Virus record (IMG/VR): IMGVR_UViG_3300038724_000006
Coordinates: 1 to 56,579 of that record
DNA: 56,579 nucleotides
Source: a virus
Taxonomy: Duplodnaviria; Caudoviricetes
Reading direction: 5' to 3' (one strand)
A model generated the notes under the pieces. The model saw only the letters and a program-made list of their open reading frames with translations. It made no database searches and had not been told where the DNA came from. Shown one piece after another: positions 1-10,114 of this stretch (within the stretch, counting starts at the first letter, position 1; every line of letters starts with the position of its first letter). A program made the position numbers and the translations under genes.

Positions 1-300
1 GGGGCAAGGTTTTGCTCTAAAGGCCGCAGAATAACTTTGTTGTCTGGCGCCGCACGCATGCCGATTAAAAGGAAATCCGCTCAACCGCATTTCAAAGTAA
101 AAAACCATAAAGACGTAAAATCAGAAATCAGAAAATTGATCTGAAGCTAGTTTGATTACTCATTAGAGGGCTACCCGCACGACCTCTTAAAAAAAGGTAA
201 CGCGGAGAGGTTATGCGCCTCTGGGGCCGCCGGGATTTACGTTAGATTTGCAGGTAACGTGAGGCAGGATGCCGAACGAGGCTCCATACGGACATGGATG
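1..300. repeat. Host structured tandem repeat, copy A left part (interrupted by the prophage)
   Basis: 1-269 aligns with 39070-39340, with long identical blocks and a divergent middle. Confidence 0.9.
296..300 (+). repeat. 5-bp target-site duplication GGATG, left copy
   Basis: Immediately precedes the TG terminus; identical copy at 38782-38786; a 5-bp duplication is the Mu transposition hallmark. Confidence 0.93.
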
Positions 301-310
301 TGTAGCGCGT

Positions 311-347
311 CGCTTAATTTTAGACAGGCAGACGCTTAACTTTAGAC
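311..347 (+). promoter_or_regulatory. Two transposase-binding end sites (Mu R-end equivalent)
   Basis: CGCTTAATTTTAGAC (311-325) and CGCTTAACTTTAGAC (333-347), 22-bp period, starting 10 bp inside the terminus. Confidence 0.8.
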
Positions 348-404
348 GGTTTTAATCCGCTATTTCGTGCGCTATCTACATCGCCCTAGCTTAGCGGAGC
401 TGGT

Positions 405-1421
405 TTATATCTTTTCAACGTAGAGGGGGGATGACGTCGAAGTTCCCCATGTCGAGGACCAAACAACAAATGTTCTCGATGAACCTCCGCCTATAGGGGT
501 GATTGTAACCTCATCGCCCGGTGTGTTTGATGGAGCACCATTGTCGTCAATGCGATACCACGGAACATTACTGTGCATTTTGCCCGCGATTACGCGTCCA
601 GACCCCACCCATGGCTTATGAAAAACATACGGCGTTGATTCGTCATTCTGCTCAATTGCAGCTTGAGACAAATCCCCATCAACCCACGCGAAATTTGCAC
701 CGATCGTTGCTTTAATTCCGTAATTGCCCGTGTTATCTATTGAACTTCCTGCGAACGTGTTCATGAACACATCATCATCAGTCCAAGGGTTCGGCAGAGG
801 TAATGCCGCAGATGGATATGATGGTGAACCAAAACTTGCAGATGCAATATACCCGCAGAGCGGGCACCAGTCTTCATCTGGCGACGGAACCCTTTTTAAA
901 TTCTGATTCCACTCAAATTCAAATAATCGTAAAGAATAAGCATTGCTTTGATGGGCACTCATCAACCCAAGGCACTGCGCATTTGCACTTATGTAAAAAT
1001 AAAATGCCGTGTCATTTTTGAGATTCAATCCACTACTAGAACTCATATAGTATTGAACTTCGTAATTGTTTTTCGTATTTAGCAAACTATACGTTGTAGA
1101 TACAGCATCAGAAATAGCAACAGTATACGCTCCCGTTGAAAGAGTTAGACGAAATAGTACATATTTTCTTTTTGTTGTTGCACCACTGTTCAACGACGAC
1201 AGAGTGTAATAAATAGAACCGTTTGAGTGCGTATCGTCACGACTTTCTAACGTCCAGCCCGCAGCCACTGACGATACAATATGACCTTCAGCGCCCAGTG
1301 ACGCCACAGTTAAATTGTTAACATCGGTTTCGCCGCATAGCACAGCAACTATGTCATCAAACATGTCGGCATAGCTTAATGTGCCATTCGAAACACCATC
1401 GAAATATAGTTTTGCGTGCAT
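405..1421 (-). CDS. Hypothetical phage protein, candidate tail-tip/receptor-binding protein
   Basis: 338-aa Ser/Thr/aromatic-rich ORF, last gene of the tail operon; function inferred from position only. Confidence 0.55.
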   Translation of the reverse strand: MHAKLYFDGVSNGTLSYADMFDDIVAVLCGETDVNNLTVASLGAEGHIVSSVAAGWTLESRDDTHSNGSIYYTLSSLNSGATTKRKYVLFRLTLSTGAYTVAISDAVSTTYSLLNTKNNYEVQYYMSSSSGLNLKNDTAFYFYISANAQCLGLMSAHQSNAYSLRLFEFEWNQNLKRVPSPDEDWCPLCGYIASASFGSPSYPSAALPLPNPWTDDDVFMNTFAGSSIDNTGNYGIKATIGANFAWVDGDLSQAAIEQNDESTPYVFHKPWVGSGRVIAGKMHSNVPWYRIDDNGAPSNTPGDEVTITPIGGGSSRTFVVWSSTWGTSTSSPLYVEKI

Positions 1422-1433
1422 AGGTAGCTCTCT

Positions 1434-2120
1434 TTAAATTAAGACTAAATCTGAGTTCGTAGGAGTATCTTGATGACCGATAATGTCACCCAATACATTT
1501 ATGTAAGCGTTACCCGGATTACCGGTTATTTGTGCAGTGCCAACGAGAAACATCAATTCTGACTGCATTGGTATATCGCCGTTGTATATAGTTACTGGCG
1601 GAATGCGGTATACGATTAAAAGTTTATGAGCATGAAAATAGCGGCGAACGGTTTGTTCAATTTTATTGAGTATTTCTGTGGGTACGTCATCAGTTGGCAT
1701 TACTAGCTCAACTACGAACATCCAATCAGTGCCCCAAAAATAGCCGCCAAAGTCTTCACCAAACACTGCTTCTTGGTATTCTTTGATCGTTGCAGTGACT
1801 CCGTAGGCTGTCGCTATCGATAAATAAAACGCACGTGATTGGCTGCCATATACTGAATATGCCGCTTTCAGATCAGTAAGCCGCTGATCAAATTCCGTTG
1901 AGCTATTCAACCCGTAATCTGCTTCCCATTGCTCTAATAGCTCACTAACACCACTCGGCAATGACTCTTTGATGAGCTGATTGCCACGAGTATCGATGCG
2001 CGCAAATTCTTCTGCCAGCCCACGCATGAGCAAGGCGATTGCGCTGTCGTCGTCGCGGTGCCACGCGGAACCAGTCGGCAGTAATTGAAGCAATACATCT
2101 GTGTAATTATTAATATCCAT
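1434..2120 (-). CDS. Mu gp48-like baseplate protein (YmfQ/DUF2313) with C-terminal extension
   Basis: YTDVLLQLLPTGSAW...ELLEQWEADYGL...GSQSRAFY motifs; likely start MDINN overlaps the upstream stop (TGATG). Confidence 0.85.
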   Translation of the reverse strand: MDINNYTDVLLQLLPTGSAWHRDDDSAIALLMRGLAEEFARIDTRGNQLIKESLPSGVSELLEQWEADYGLNSSTEFDQRLTDLKAAYSVYGSQSRAFYLSIATAYGVTATIKEYQEAVFGEDFGGYFWGTDWMFVVELVMPTDDVPTEILNKIEQTVRRYFHAHKLLIVYRIPPVTIYNGDIPMQSELMFLVGTAQITGNPGNAYINVLGDIIGHQDTPTNSDLVLI

Positions 2121-2971
2121 CAGTATTTTATGCAGCACATTGTTGCGATGTTTTTAACGCGAGTTTCTGTTCCACCGGCGCTATTTATCGTTACCGTGTG
2201 GCTATGACTACCCGCCGAATTGACTGTCACAGTGTGACCGTGATTGCCAGCGCCTTCTGTTGTGTGTAATTCATTTTGCGAATTATCCATCGTTCCGCCA
2301 ATCGTCGAAGACCCCGCGCCAACGTTCCCGTTATTGAGATTTTTTTCAAGAACTGTGTAGTTGTGAGAGTGACTTCCAGCTGATTCCGTTGATGCTGAGT
2401 GACTGTGCGAGCCTGCTGATTCCGTTGATGCGGTATGGCCGTGTAATTTATTTTGATCGTCTTGGTTTGATCCAATGACCCTGCCGGTATCTATCGCTTT
2501 ACCGTCATCCCAGTTGCGCAAATGTACCCCCCGTAAATCTGGCAAACTGAATGTTGTTGAGCCGTTACCGGGGCCAAATTGCCCGTCAGTTTTTGCGCCT
2601 TCGTTTGCGGCTATATTGCTGCTGCTCTGCGCATACGACCACAGATACGAATATTCGATTCTGCTAACTGTTTGGCCATTCGCTTTTAGCCAGCCAGCAG
2701 GAACAGTAGTGCCAGGAAAATTTGATATTTGACCTGCGGTCTGTGATGAAACGACGCTTTTTGCGATATTCCCTATTGCTGTAAATAACTGATCAAATGT
2801 CGCTTCATTAGGTGTTACATCTCCCCCAGCAATAACGTTTAATAATTCATCGTAAACTGCGTTTTGATATGCCGCACTGTTCTTGCTCGGCGGCACTCCG
2901 GCGACAGGGTCGCCGTCTGTGAACTTACCGCCAACTAAGCGGGCGTTACTGTCGGATACTGGATAATCCAT
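2120..2971 (-). CDS. Short tail fibre protein with tail-collar domain
   Basis: N-terminal GKFTDGDPVAGVPPS...ELLNVI typical of Mu-like fibres; collar motifs PAGWLKANGQ and TTFSLPDLRG; HxH repeats; C-terminal ETRVKNIA...IKY. Confidence 0.88.
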   Translation of the reverse strand: MDYPVSDSNARLVGGKFTDGDPVAGVPPSKNSAAYQNAVYDELLNVIAGGDVTPNEATFDQLFTAIGNIAKSVVSSQTAGQISNFPGTTVPAGWLKANGQTVSRIEYSYLWSYAQSSSNIAANEGAKTDGQFGPGNGSTTFSLPDLRGVHLRNWDDGKAIDTGRVIGSNQDDQNKLHGHTASTESAGSHSHSASTESAGSHSHNYTVLEKNLNNGNVGAGSSTIGGTMDNSQNELHTTEGAGNHGHTVTVNSAGSHSHTVTINSAGGTETRVKNIATMCCIKY

Positions 2972-2982
2972 CGTTTAAACTC

Positions 2983-4032
2983 CTACGCTGGCCATGTGAT
3001 CGTGCCGAGCACGATCAATTGATTAGGTGTTGATATGACGTTTTCGCTTAGATCGATGATGTGATCTGTTTCGCCCGCCGCGCCAGATATTGCTTCGCCG
3101 ATTGCTGACAGTGTGAGTGTGCCGCCCGGCGTTGCTGCGCGCTTGATGAGATCGTCTAGTTCTGCTTCGATGGCTAAACGCACGTCTGATATGTCGGGCG
3201 TAATGCTTGTGAAGGTGATGTCTAGCGGTGCTGCGACGGTCGTTGCAACGTTAAATCCGGCCATGCCCGCTGGGCGGACGCTGTCGATGTAATCTTGCAC
3301 TGCGTTGATGTGTGCAGCCGTTGGAATTGGTGTTGATAAGTCGTCTGTTGTGAAGCGTACAACGACTGTACCAAGGCCATTTTCGTTGGGGTAACTCCAT
3401 GCACGGGTGACATCCACATGCGCTTCTTTTGCCCAGGTAATATAGTCGTTTGCATTGCCGCCCATCGGTGGGTTTTGTCGGCGATCAGCTAGGCGTTCGC
3501 GCACTCGGCTGATTAGCTCTGCTTCTGCGCCGCCGCTGATTTCAACTACGGTTGCAGTGGTATCTGCACCAGCAATTGTTGATGCAATAGTGAGTGTTTT
3601 ACCGGCTGTTAAATTGCCGTTTATGCCTGGTTCAACGGCTCTTAAATTGAGCGTTGTGGATCCACTTTCAGCGGTCGCGGATTCAGTGACTCGCCATGCA
3701 ATTTGGTCTTTGGTGAATATGGTTTCTGCGAGTATGACTATGCCGTCTGTTGCCGCAATTGTTGCTGTTCCGGCAGCACGAGTTGCGGCGATTTGATAGA
3801 TGCCCATTTCGGCTGCGCGACGCAATAGATTTTCGTCGGCGGCGGTGTCGTCAAACAACTGATCGCGGTTGTAATCTAAGTGCGTGTGCAGGCCGTAACA
3901 TGCCCCCGCATGGGCTTGTGCGATGGGGTAATAAATGTCACCGCGCGCGGTTGCAGATTCGCCGCTGTTGCGTTCAATGTCCGCAGCGATACGAGCCTTT
4001 AATGTTGCGAGTTGTGGACGCTCAAATGGCAT
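2983..4032 (-). CDS. Baseplate J-like wedge protein (Mu gp47)
   Basis: MPFERPQL start, GGNANDYITWA, VTRAW, GLGTVVV motifs; synteny. Confidence 0.92.
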   Translation of the reverse strand: MPFERPQLATLKARIAADIERNSGESATARGDIYYPIAQAHAGACYGLHTHLDYNRDQLFDDTAADENLLRRAAEMGIYQIAATRAAGTATIAATDGIVILAETIFTKDQIAWRVTESATAESGSTTLNLRAVEPGINGNLTAGKTLTIASTIAGADTTATVVEISGGAEAELISRVRERLADRRQNPPMGGNANDYITWAKEAHVDVTRAWSYPNENGLGTVVVRFTTDDLSTPIPTAAHINAVQDYIDSVRPAGMAGFNVATTVAAPLDITFTSITPDISDVRLAIEAELDDLIKRAATPGGTLTLSAIGEAISGAAGETDHIIDLSENVISTPNQLIVLGTITWPA

Positions 4033-4459
4033 AGGTTTGCTCCATGATTATTTGCTCCCACGTACCATTATTTAATTGGCAATTGAGCTGGTATGCGAGG
4101 CGATCTAGCCCGTTGCGTTCTACCGTTACTTTGATTGCTAACAGATCACCGGCATCGATCATCCACTGGACAGCTTCGGTGATGTAGTTGCGGGCTTTGT
4201 TGATTGTGTTTGTAGTGATTTTTGAGCGGCCTAATAGCCATAATTTACTGCCTAGGCTTTGACCGGACGGCAGGTGCATATCGCCCCAGTAGCCGCGATT
4301 TTTTTCGCCATTGGGTAGCTCGTCGTCGTTAACGCTGGCGTCTGTAAATAGCGATATTGCGATGGCCGTGGTTAGCTTTGTGAGCTGCGTTGCGGGCTGC
4401 GGAACAACGTCTAAACGCTGATTATTTGAGTCCCAGATCAGGACTAGAATTTGACTCAT
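4022..4459 (-). CDS. Mu gp46-like baseplate protein
   Basis: AIAISLFTD...RGYWGD...GSKLWLL signature. Confidence 0.92.
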   Translation of the reverse strand: MSQILVLIWDSNNQRLDVVPQPATQLTKLTTAIAISLFTDASVNDDELPNGEKNRGYWGDMHLPSGQSLGSKLWLLGRSKITTNTINKARNYITEAVQWMIDAGDLLAIKVTVERNGLDRLAYQLNCQLNNGTWEQIIMEQTYAI

Positions 4460-5091
4460 TGCGCGCCTCCTGAAACTTGCGGATTACCATCGTCGGTGTA
4501 GCTGTGCGCATGCGTATCGAACGCAATACCGTTAACCGTTAATGATGCAAGGGTTGCCGCGCCTGCTATTCCTGCGGTACCAACGACGACTAAATTGGCC
4601 GCTAAGGCAGTATCGCCAGCAACACCTAAGGTGCTTTGCAATAGAGTTGCGCCAGCCACTTTTAGGGTTCCGGTCATCTCAACTTGAGGGCTATCGACAA
4701 TCACTTTTGTGTTGCTTTTTAATGTTGCTGTGCCGTCGTTTTTTAAGTGCAAGTAGTCAGCGTTTTGGTTGTAAATAGCAACGTCGCCTTCTTCGATTTT
4801 CATGCGATAGCGACGATCTCCGACTTGCAAACCAACTGAGTGCGAACCATTGCCACCAAACGCTAAAACCAAACACTCTGCACCGGCAGGGGCGTGGCTT
4901 GTAAAACCGAACGGCTCTAGGTGTTCGATGTCTGCCAGTTCGTTTCCTCCTGGCACCTTCACTTGTAGTAAACGCACTTTAGATTCGTATTTAACACGGG
5001 TTAAAACGCTGCGTTGCACAAGCATTTTAATGCGTCGGGCCAGCGGGTTTGCAAATGCCGTTATGGTGCGGACTAATTGAGCGCGGGTCAT
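4456..5091 (-). CDS. Baseplate spike (Mu gp45/gpV)
   Basis: EHLEPFGFTSH, EGDVAIY and C-terminal HAH metal-binding tip. Confidence 0.92.
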   Translation of the reverse strand: MTRAQLVRTITAFANPLARRIKMLVQRSVLTRVKYESKVRLLQVKVPGGNELADIEHLEPFGFTSHAPAGAECLVLAFGGNGSHSVGLQVGDRRYRMKIEEGDVAIYNQNADYLHLKNDGTATLKSNTKVIVDSPQVEMTGTLKVAGATLLQSTLGVAGDTALAANLVVVGTAGIAGAATLASLTVNGIAFDTHAHSYTDDGNPQVSGGAQ

Positions 5092-6152
5092 AGAGTGCCC
5101 CCGCTGGTTGACTCAGGCTGTGTGATCAGATCAAACGCGGCTTTAGGCATGACGGTTAGCGTGCTGGTGCGGCCAGATCGTGCAGTTAGATTAGTGGTTA
5201 CTGCGGTAATCAGGCGTTGTGCATTATCTAAGCCGCTGAACTTATCGGTTACGCGCACCAATTCGTTAGGCATCCAGATCCGGCCCTCATCGCCCGCCTG
5301 ACGCCAGCCATGCATTGTGTAGTTGATGCTGCGGCTGCGACCGTAGTTAACGCGACGTTGCCATTCGGCGCGTGCTTGGCATGCCGCGCTATCGACTGAC
5401 TGATCGGTAACGATGACTGACGGACGATAGCGACGTGCATCGCCAGCGATGGTGCTTTTGCTTTGGCTGTTTGCTTCTGCGCTGAGCGTTGCCCAGTTTG
5501 CCGCTTGGCCTGCGACTGTGTACTCGGAAAATAGCGAACGATGGCTACGCTTGGCACTGGCTGCTTTGATGTTTGTGCCCAACAAGAGAGGCACATCGGC
5601 ATTGCCGGTGCCGGATCGGGTGATGACTAAATTGCCAGCGGAATCTGATACCAACAATACGGCGCGAATGCGTGCGAGTTCTTCTAGCGCTTCCCAGATC
5701 AGCTGGCCAGCATCTAAGGTTAAATCGGTGGCGGTAAATGCTTGGTTGGCGGCAGACGTTGCGCTGTTATCTACCAGCACGCTAATGGCAAACGGATTGC
5801 ACAGCTGGCGCGCAACACTTAAGAGCGTTTGACCGGCTTTGATTTGCTGGCCAGTGGTTGAGCAGTCGGCTAGGTCGCCACATTTACTACGGCCAATCAC
5901 TGTGATTTCGTGCGTTTTTGCATCGTAGTCGACGTTGATGTCGTCGACTGCGCCAGTTAGCACTAGGTCATCATCTATATAGGCTTGGCAGCTCATGCCG
6001 TCTTGTACGTCAAATACACCGGCGTTGGTGTTTAGATCTGGGGCTATCTTAAGTTCAAACTGATGCGGCCCTTGCTCGATGCTGCGTAGTAATACAACGT
6101 CTTTAAAACCTATGTAATTGCGACCGTCGACACGTAACACTAATTCACTCAT
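5088..6152 (-). CDS. Baseplate hub/tail protein (Mu gpP, gp44)
   Basis: GRSKCGDLADCS, FSEYTVAGQ, RYRP, GWRQ...IWMPN motifs. Confidence 0.92.
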   Translation of the reverse strand: MSELVLRVDGRNYIGFKDVVLLRSIEQGPHQFELKIAPDLNTNAGVFDVQDGMSCQAYIDDDLVLTGAVDDINVDYDAKTHEITVIGRSKCGDLADCSTTGQQIKAGQTLLSVARQLCNPFAISVLVDNSATSAANQAFTATDLTLDAGQLIWEALEELARIRAVLLVSDSAGNLVITRSGTGNADVPLLLGTNIKAASAKRSHRSLFSEYTVAGQAANWATLSAEANSQSKSTIAGDARRYRPSVIVTDQSVDSAACQARAEWQRRVNYGRSRSINYTMHGWRQAGDEGRIWMPNELVRVTDKFSGLDNAQRLITAVTTNLTARSGRTSTLTVMPKAAFDLITQPESTSGGTL

Positions 6153-7363
6153 TTCAGCACCTCGATGTCTTTACCGGCGGGCATAAACAAAGGGTTGGCG
6201 ATGCTGTTGCGGCTGACTAATTCGTCTGCCTTTGTGGCATCGCCATATACTTGATGTGCAATCACGAGCGCAGGTAATGACGTGCGACGTTGAATGTATT
6301 CAATTTTATTTAGACCTGGTGCGAGTTGTTCGACGCGCTTGTAGAGTGCGGTTTGTAGCTCGGTGATTGCCGCGTATTCGCTGTAGCTTAATGTGGTGGC
6401 GGCTGATTGATCGTCTAGCTCTGCGAGCAGTGCATCGCGTATTGCGATGGCATCGTCGTAGCTTGTAAATAATACGTCGTCTGCAGCGATGGCTTGGGCC
6501 ATTGATACTACGGCGATAGAGCCGAGTGCTGTACCAATTAACTCTTGGTTATCTGCCATTGCCGCGCGGTTTTGTGTTGCCACGCCATTGGCGGCGGTGC
6601 GTGATATAGGGCTGGTGATTTTAAAACCTGCGAGCAACTGATCGTACACACCAAACGCGGTTTTAATATCGCTAGCAATACCAATAAAACTACTGACTAC
6701 GCCTGCCACTGTGCTTATTAATGTCGCAGGGGTTTGGATGAGGTTTGCTAGCTCGTTGCCGAGATCGTCGATGTCTGACGATATATCTTCGACTTGGGCG
6801 ACCGCTGCATTTATTTTGCCGTTGATTTTACGGATGGCATCAGTAGCGGTATTGAGTTGATCTAGCGCAGAGTTACGCACAAATTCAGGCTGACCGGACG
6901 TGTTAAAATTCGCGACAAATTGAGCGGTGGTTTGTGCCAGGCACTGAGTTGCAGCATCGACCAATGCATCGGCAGTGTTGGCCGAAAAGACAGGCGCGCC
7001 ACGGCCCGCTTTAACGTAATTTATATTAAATGAGCAGTAGCCACCTTGGCGGCTGGTAATTGACCACGAATAATCAACAACGCGTATTGAGAGTGAGCCA
7101 AGGTATGGATGTACCAGCGTTGCGACACTCGGCTGATCCAGCGCAGCTATTAATGTATCGCGGGCGATGTCGTAGTCGTCACCGATTAAAAAAGCTTGGA
7201 ATGAAAACTGGCCAGACTTTTTGCCGAGGTCTTCGGTGTCGTGGTCTTCTTGCAGTGGGTATTCGTGTACGACGACATTGCGACCGCCTGAGCCTGTCGC
7301 TTGATTGACGTGAAACTCGATGCCACGGAATGAAGCTTTTTGTAGACGATTGCGCCACGACAT
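6149..7363 (-). CDS. DNA circularization protein (Mu gpN)
   Basis: MSWRNRLQKASFRGIEF, HEYP...EDLG, LVHPYLG; C-terminal LPALVIAHQVYGD. Confidence 0.95.
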   Translation of the reverse strand: MSWRNRLQKASFRGIEFHVNQATGSGGRNVVVHEYPLQEDHDTEDLGKKSGQFSFQAFLIGDDYDIARDTLIAALDQPSVATLVHPYLGSLSIRVVDYSWSITSRQGGYCSFNINYVKAGRGAPVFSANTADALVDAATQCLAQTTAQFVANFNTSGQPEFVRNSALDQLNTATDAIRKINGKINAAVAQVEDISSDIDDLGNELANLIQTPATLISTVAGVVSSFIGIASDIKTAFGVYDQLLAGFKITSPISRTAANGVATQNRAAMADNQELIGTALGSIAVVSMAQAIAADDVLFTSYDDAIAIRDALLAELDDQSAATTLSYSEYAAITELQTALYKRVEQLAPGLNKIEYIQRRTSLPALVIAHQVYGDATKADELVSRNSIANPLFMPAGKDIEVLK

Positions 7364-9192
7364 TAGGCACCTCCTGGCAACATGCTGGCACCGGAAATAT
7401 CCACATCCATATTTTCTGCGTTCGGGGCTTTAATGCTGATGCGATCGTCACTGACTTTAATATCTAATTGAGTGCGTTCGCGTGATGCCTCACGACGTGA
7501 GCGACGAGATGAACTAGGTTTAAATTCTGCAAGATCAGGATCAGCATCTAATGCCGCTCGTGCAACTTCACTGCCGAGCGCTGCCATGAGTTGGGCTGTA
7601 AAACGCCCAATGCTTTTTTTAGTGTTGTCGCTCAGCATCGGATTTATAACGTGTTCGCCGATCTCCCAACCTGCGGCACCTGCCGCCAAAACAGGGACGG
7701 CGCGAGTACCAAAAAAAGCACCTGCGCGACCTAATACCCCCGCACTTGCAGCTGCGCCTGCTGGTGCTGGCAAACGAGGCACGGACGCACCACGGCCACC
7801 GGGTAGGCGTGACATTAAATCCCCAGAACCAAAGCCTATACCGGGCATGTTGACGACATAAACAGGCTGAACACCTGCCAGCTCTTCTAGGCCTTTACCT
7901 ACTGCAACACCGGCACCTAAGCTGCCGAGCTTGCCGAGTAATTTACCGCTGCCTTTTAATAGCAGCGCGCCGCCTAATATACCTGCGGCACCTCCGGCTA
8001 ATAATTCGCCGCCACTGAATTTTTTGTCATCTAATAGGTATTTAATCGCGTCTTGTATTGTTTCGTTGATTGGCTGGGCAAAGCCGTCTGCGGCTTCTTT
8101 TAATACGGATTTAAGACGCGATACTTGATCTACTGAGTTTTCTAATGCGCCACTTAAATCGTTGGCAATGGTGCCACCGGCGTTGGCAATTTCTGCGCTC
8201 ATTTGGCGGGCTTGGCTTAATGTATTGCCGCTTAGTAATACGCGAAGACCGCGCATTGTGTCTAAATCCACCTCACCAAATGCCAAGCTTAAACCTTGAT
8301 CGCGCTGGGCATCGGTTTTGAATTTTTGATAACCCGCCGCGATGTCATCCAGTACATCGAGTGCGGCGCGGCGTTCGCCTTCGGCATTGTAAAAAGTAAC
8401 GCCGGTTGCTTGTGCTGCTTTATCTAAATACTTTTGATTGGTAAATATGCGTAGCGTTGAATCGACCAATGTTGCAAGGCGTTCGGGGTTGCGCTCCATT
8501 AGCGACAATTGTTCGATTAAGCCGAGGGTTTGATCAAACTCCAAACCTGCCGCATTTGCATTAATGCCAACCCGCGCAAAAATAGCTGAAAGGTCTTCTA
8601 GTTCGGCATTACCCAAGCGGCCCGCTTTTGTCATACGGTCGAGAATATCAACCGAGTTTTCAGCCTTAGATAAATCAAAATCAAAGGACTGTGCGGCAAC
8701 AGTTAATGCACCGGATAGAACTTCCGCTTGTGAGCCTGTAACGGCCATTGCTGGGTTGATTGCTTTAATGGTTGCTAGTGCTTCGGCCCAACCTTGGCCC
8801 GCTTGAATTAAATTATTAAAGCCGCCCAACAGTGAATCTAATGACTGACCTGTTTGCAGTGCCATCAAAAATAATTCTTTGCGCAGATCGGCTGTTTGCT
8901 CTGCTGTTGCCCCTGCAGTTTGCTGAATATTAATTAGCTTTTTATCTAACTGTGCTGAGTCGATAACTTGTCGATACCCCGCATACGCTGCACCAGCACC
9001 TGCAACCACAGCCGCAGTATGACCGGCTAAGCCGTCCAGATTGCGGCCAGCGCTTTGTGCTGCCATGCTCATGCGGCCAAGGTCACGCTGACCGCGCTGG
9101 CTAAAACCCGACAACGAGCGGCCATATTGCTGCGCTCGCTGGGTTAGGTTTCCGGCTAGATCTATAACAACACTGGTGCGAAGTTCGGTCAT
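7363..9192 (-). CDS. Tail tape measure protein
   Basis: 609-aa Ala/Gly-rich helical protein between the chaperone and gpN. Confidence 0.9.
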   Translation of the reverse strand: MTELRTSVVIDLAGNLTQRAQQYGRSLSGFSQRGQRDLGRMSMAAQSAGRNLDGLAGHTAAVVAGAGAAYAGYRQVIDSAQLDKKLINIQQTAGATAEQTADLRKELFLMALQTGQSLDSLLGGFNNLIQAGQGWAEALATIKAINPAMAVTGSQAEVLSGALTVAAQSFDFDLSKAENSVDILDRMTKAGRLGNAELEDLSAIFARVGINANAAGLEFDQTLGLIEQLSLMERNPERLATLVDSTLRIFTNQKYLDKAAQATGVTFYNAEGERRAALDVLDDIAAGYQKFKTDAQRDQGLSLAFGEVDLDTMRGLRVLLSGNTLSQARQMSAEIANAGGTIANDLSGALENSVDQVSRLKSVLKEAADGFAQPINETIQDAIKYLLDDKKFSGGELLAGGAAGILGGALLLKGSGKLLGKLGSLGAGVAVGKGLEELAGVQPVYVVNMPGIGFGSGDLMSRLPGGRGASVPRLPAPAGAAASAGVLGRAGAFFGTRAVPVLAAGAAGWEIGEHVINPMLSDNTKKSIGRFTAQLMAALGSEVARAALDADPDLAEFKPSSSRRSRREASRERTQLDIKVSDDRISIKAPNAENMDVDISGASMLPGGA

Positions 9193-9214
9193 TATTTGCG
9201 CCTATTGTTTACGA

Positions 9215-9349
9215 CTATTTAAAGCGTGATTGAATGCGGTTTAATGGTTCTTTTCTTATGGCTTGCAGGTCGGTAATGCTCATGCCTTTTTTTAATAAAT
9301 TACTTTCCATTTGCTCTAACTCATTCGCCAGAGCTATCGCTTCGCCCCC
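9215..9349 (-). CDS. Predicted -2 frameshift extension of the tail assembly chaperone (about 44 codons)
   Basis: CGG GGG CGA near the chaperone 3' end; the -2 frame reads GGEAIALANELEQMESNLLKKGMSITDLQAIRKEPLNRIQSRFK to TAG at 9215; the -1 frame stops within 3 codons. Confidence 0.7.
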   Translation of the reverse strand, partial: GGEAIALANELEQMESNLLKKGMSITDLQAIRKEPLNRIQSRFK

Positions 9350-9743
9350 GTTGCGTCACCTCGGGGGACGCGCTGTGAGCTAATGCTGTGAGCTTGTCGC
9401 TTAGTTCAGTGGTACTGATTGCTCCGGCTGCAACGTCGGCATACAGATTTAATATGGCTAAATCTTCTTCGTGCAGCAGCGCAAACATTGACGGCTCTAA
9501 TGGGCCTGCAATAACTCCAATTTTTTTAATTTGTTGGCATAGCATCAGCACACCTAAGCGCGCTGGGCTTTCGACACACACGGGCGTCATGCGGCCATTA
9601 ATATTGCTAATGACAACTTTCTCTGAGGCTTCTTTCGCCTCCATTATTTGCCCGGCGGTTAAGTGGGTATGAAGCTCAAAATTGATTTGTGCTTCATCAC
9701 CCACTTTTAAGCCGTGCTTTAACGTGCCTGTAATTACTGACAT
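9321..9743 (-). CDS. Tail assembly chaperone (Mu gp41-like)
   Basis: Lies between tube and tape measure; LKHGLKVG and LHEEDL motifs; slippery GGGGGCGA. Confidence 0.8.
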   Translation of the reverse strand: MSVITGTLKHGLKVGDEAQINFELHTHLTAGQIMEAKEASEKVVISNINGRMTPVCVESPARLGVLMLCQQIKKIGVIAGPLEPSMFALLHEEDLAILNLYADVAAGAISTTELSDKLTALAHSASPEVTQRGRSDSSGE

Positions 9744-9744
9744 A

Positions 9745-10104
9745 TCAGCTCACCGCGTCTGTGCGTAAACCATTAAAGTCAAAGCTGATCATGCCGTTGC
9801 TTTGAGAGCATGGCGCTGGCGTATAGCTGCCGCTTTGGATGTAGGTTTTGCCGTTGTCGTCTTGGATGGTGACGTTGACGTTAGTGAGTGCGTTGATTTG
9901 CTCCATGCTCACGGTGCCATCGTTCGGGACTTGTATACCGGTGATTTTTGGCTCCACAAGCTCTTCGCTGAAACCCACGGGGCCGTTGTCCGCATTTACT
10001 GGTGTGCGGTTATTGCCGCCCAGGGTAAATGTTGCGCCGGGCATGGCATTGATACGCCCAACGCCATCAACATCAAAAAATAGTTTTTTAGCAACTTTAG
10101 ACAT
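9745..10104 (-). CDS. Tail tube protein (Mu gpM)
   Basis: 119 aa directly after the sheath gene; LGG..R...GFSE motif. Confidence 0.85.
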   Translation of the reverse strand: MSKVAKKLFFDVDGVGRINAMPGATFTLGGNNRTPVNADNGPVGFSEELVEPKITGIQVPNDGTVSMEQINALTNVNVTIQDDNGKTYIQSGSYTPAPCSQSNGMISFDFNGLRTDAVS

Positions 10105-10114
10105 GACTTACCCC

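Noticed and set aside
2230-2440. Repeats in the tail fibre gene (GCTGATTCCGTTGATGC twice) as DGR or invertible-segment sites
   Set aside because: They encode the ordinary HxH-S/T repeats of collar-type fibres; no reverse transcriptase or invertase is present
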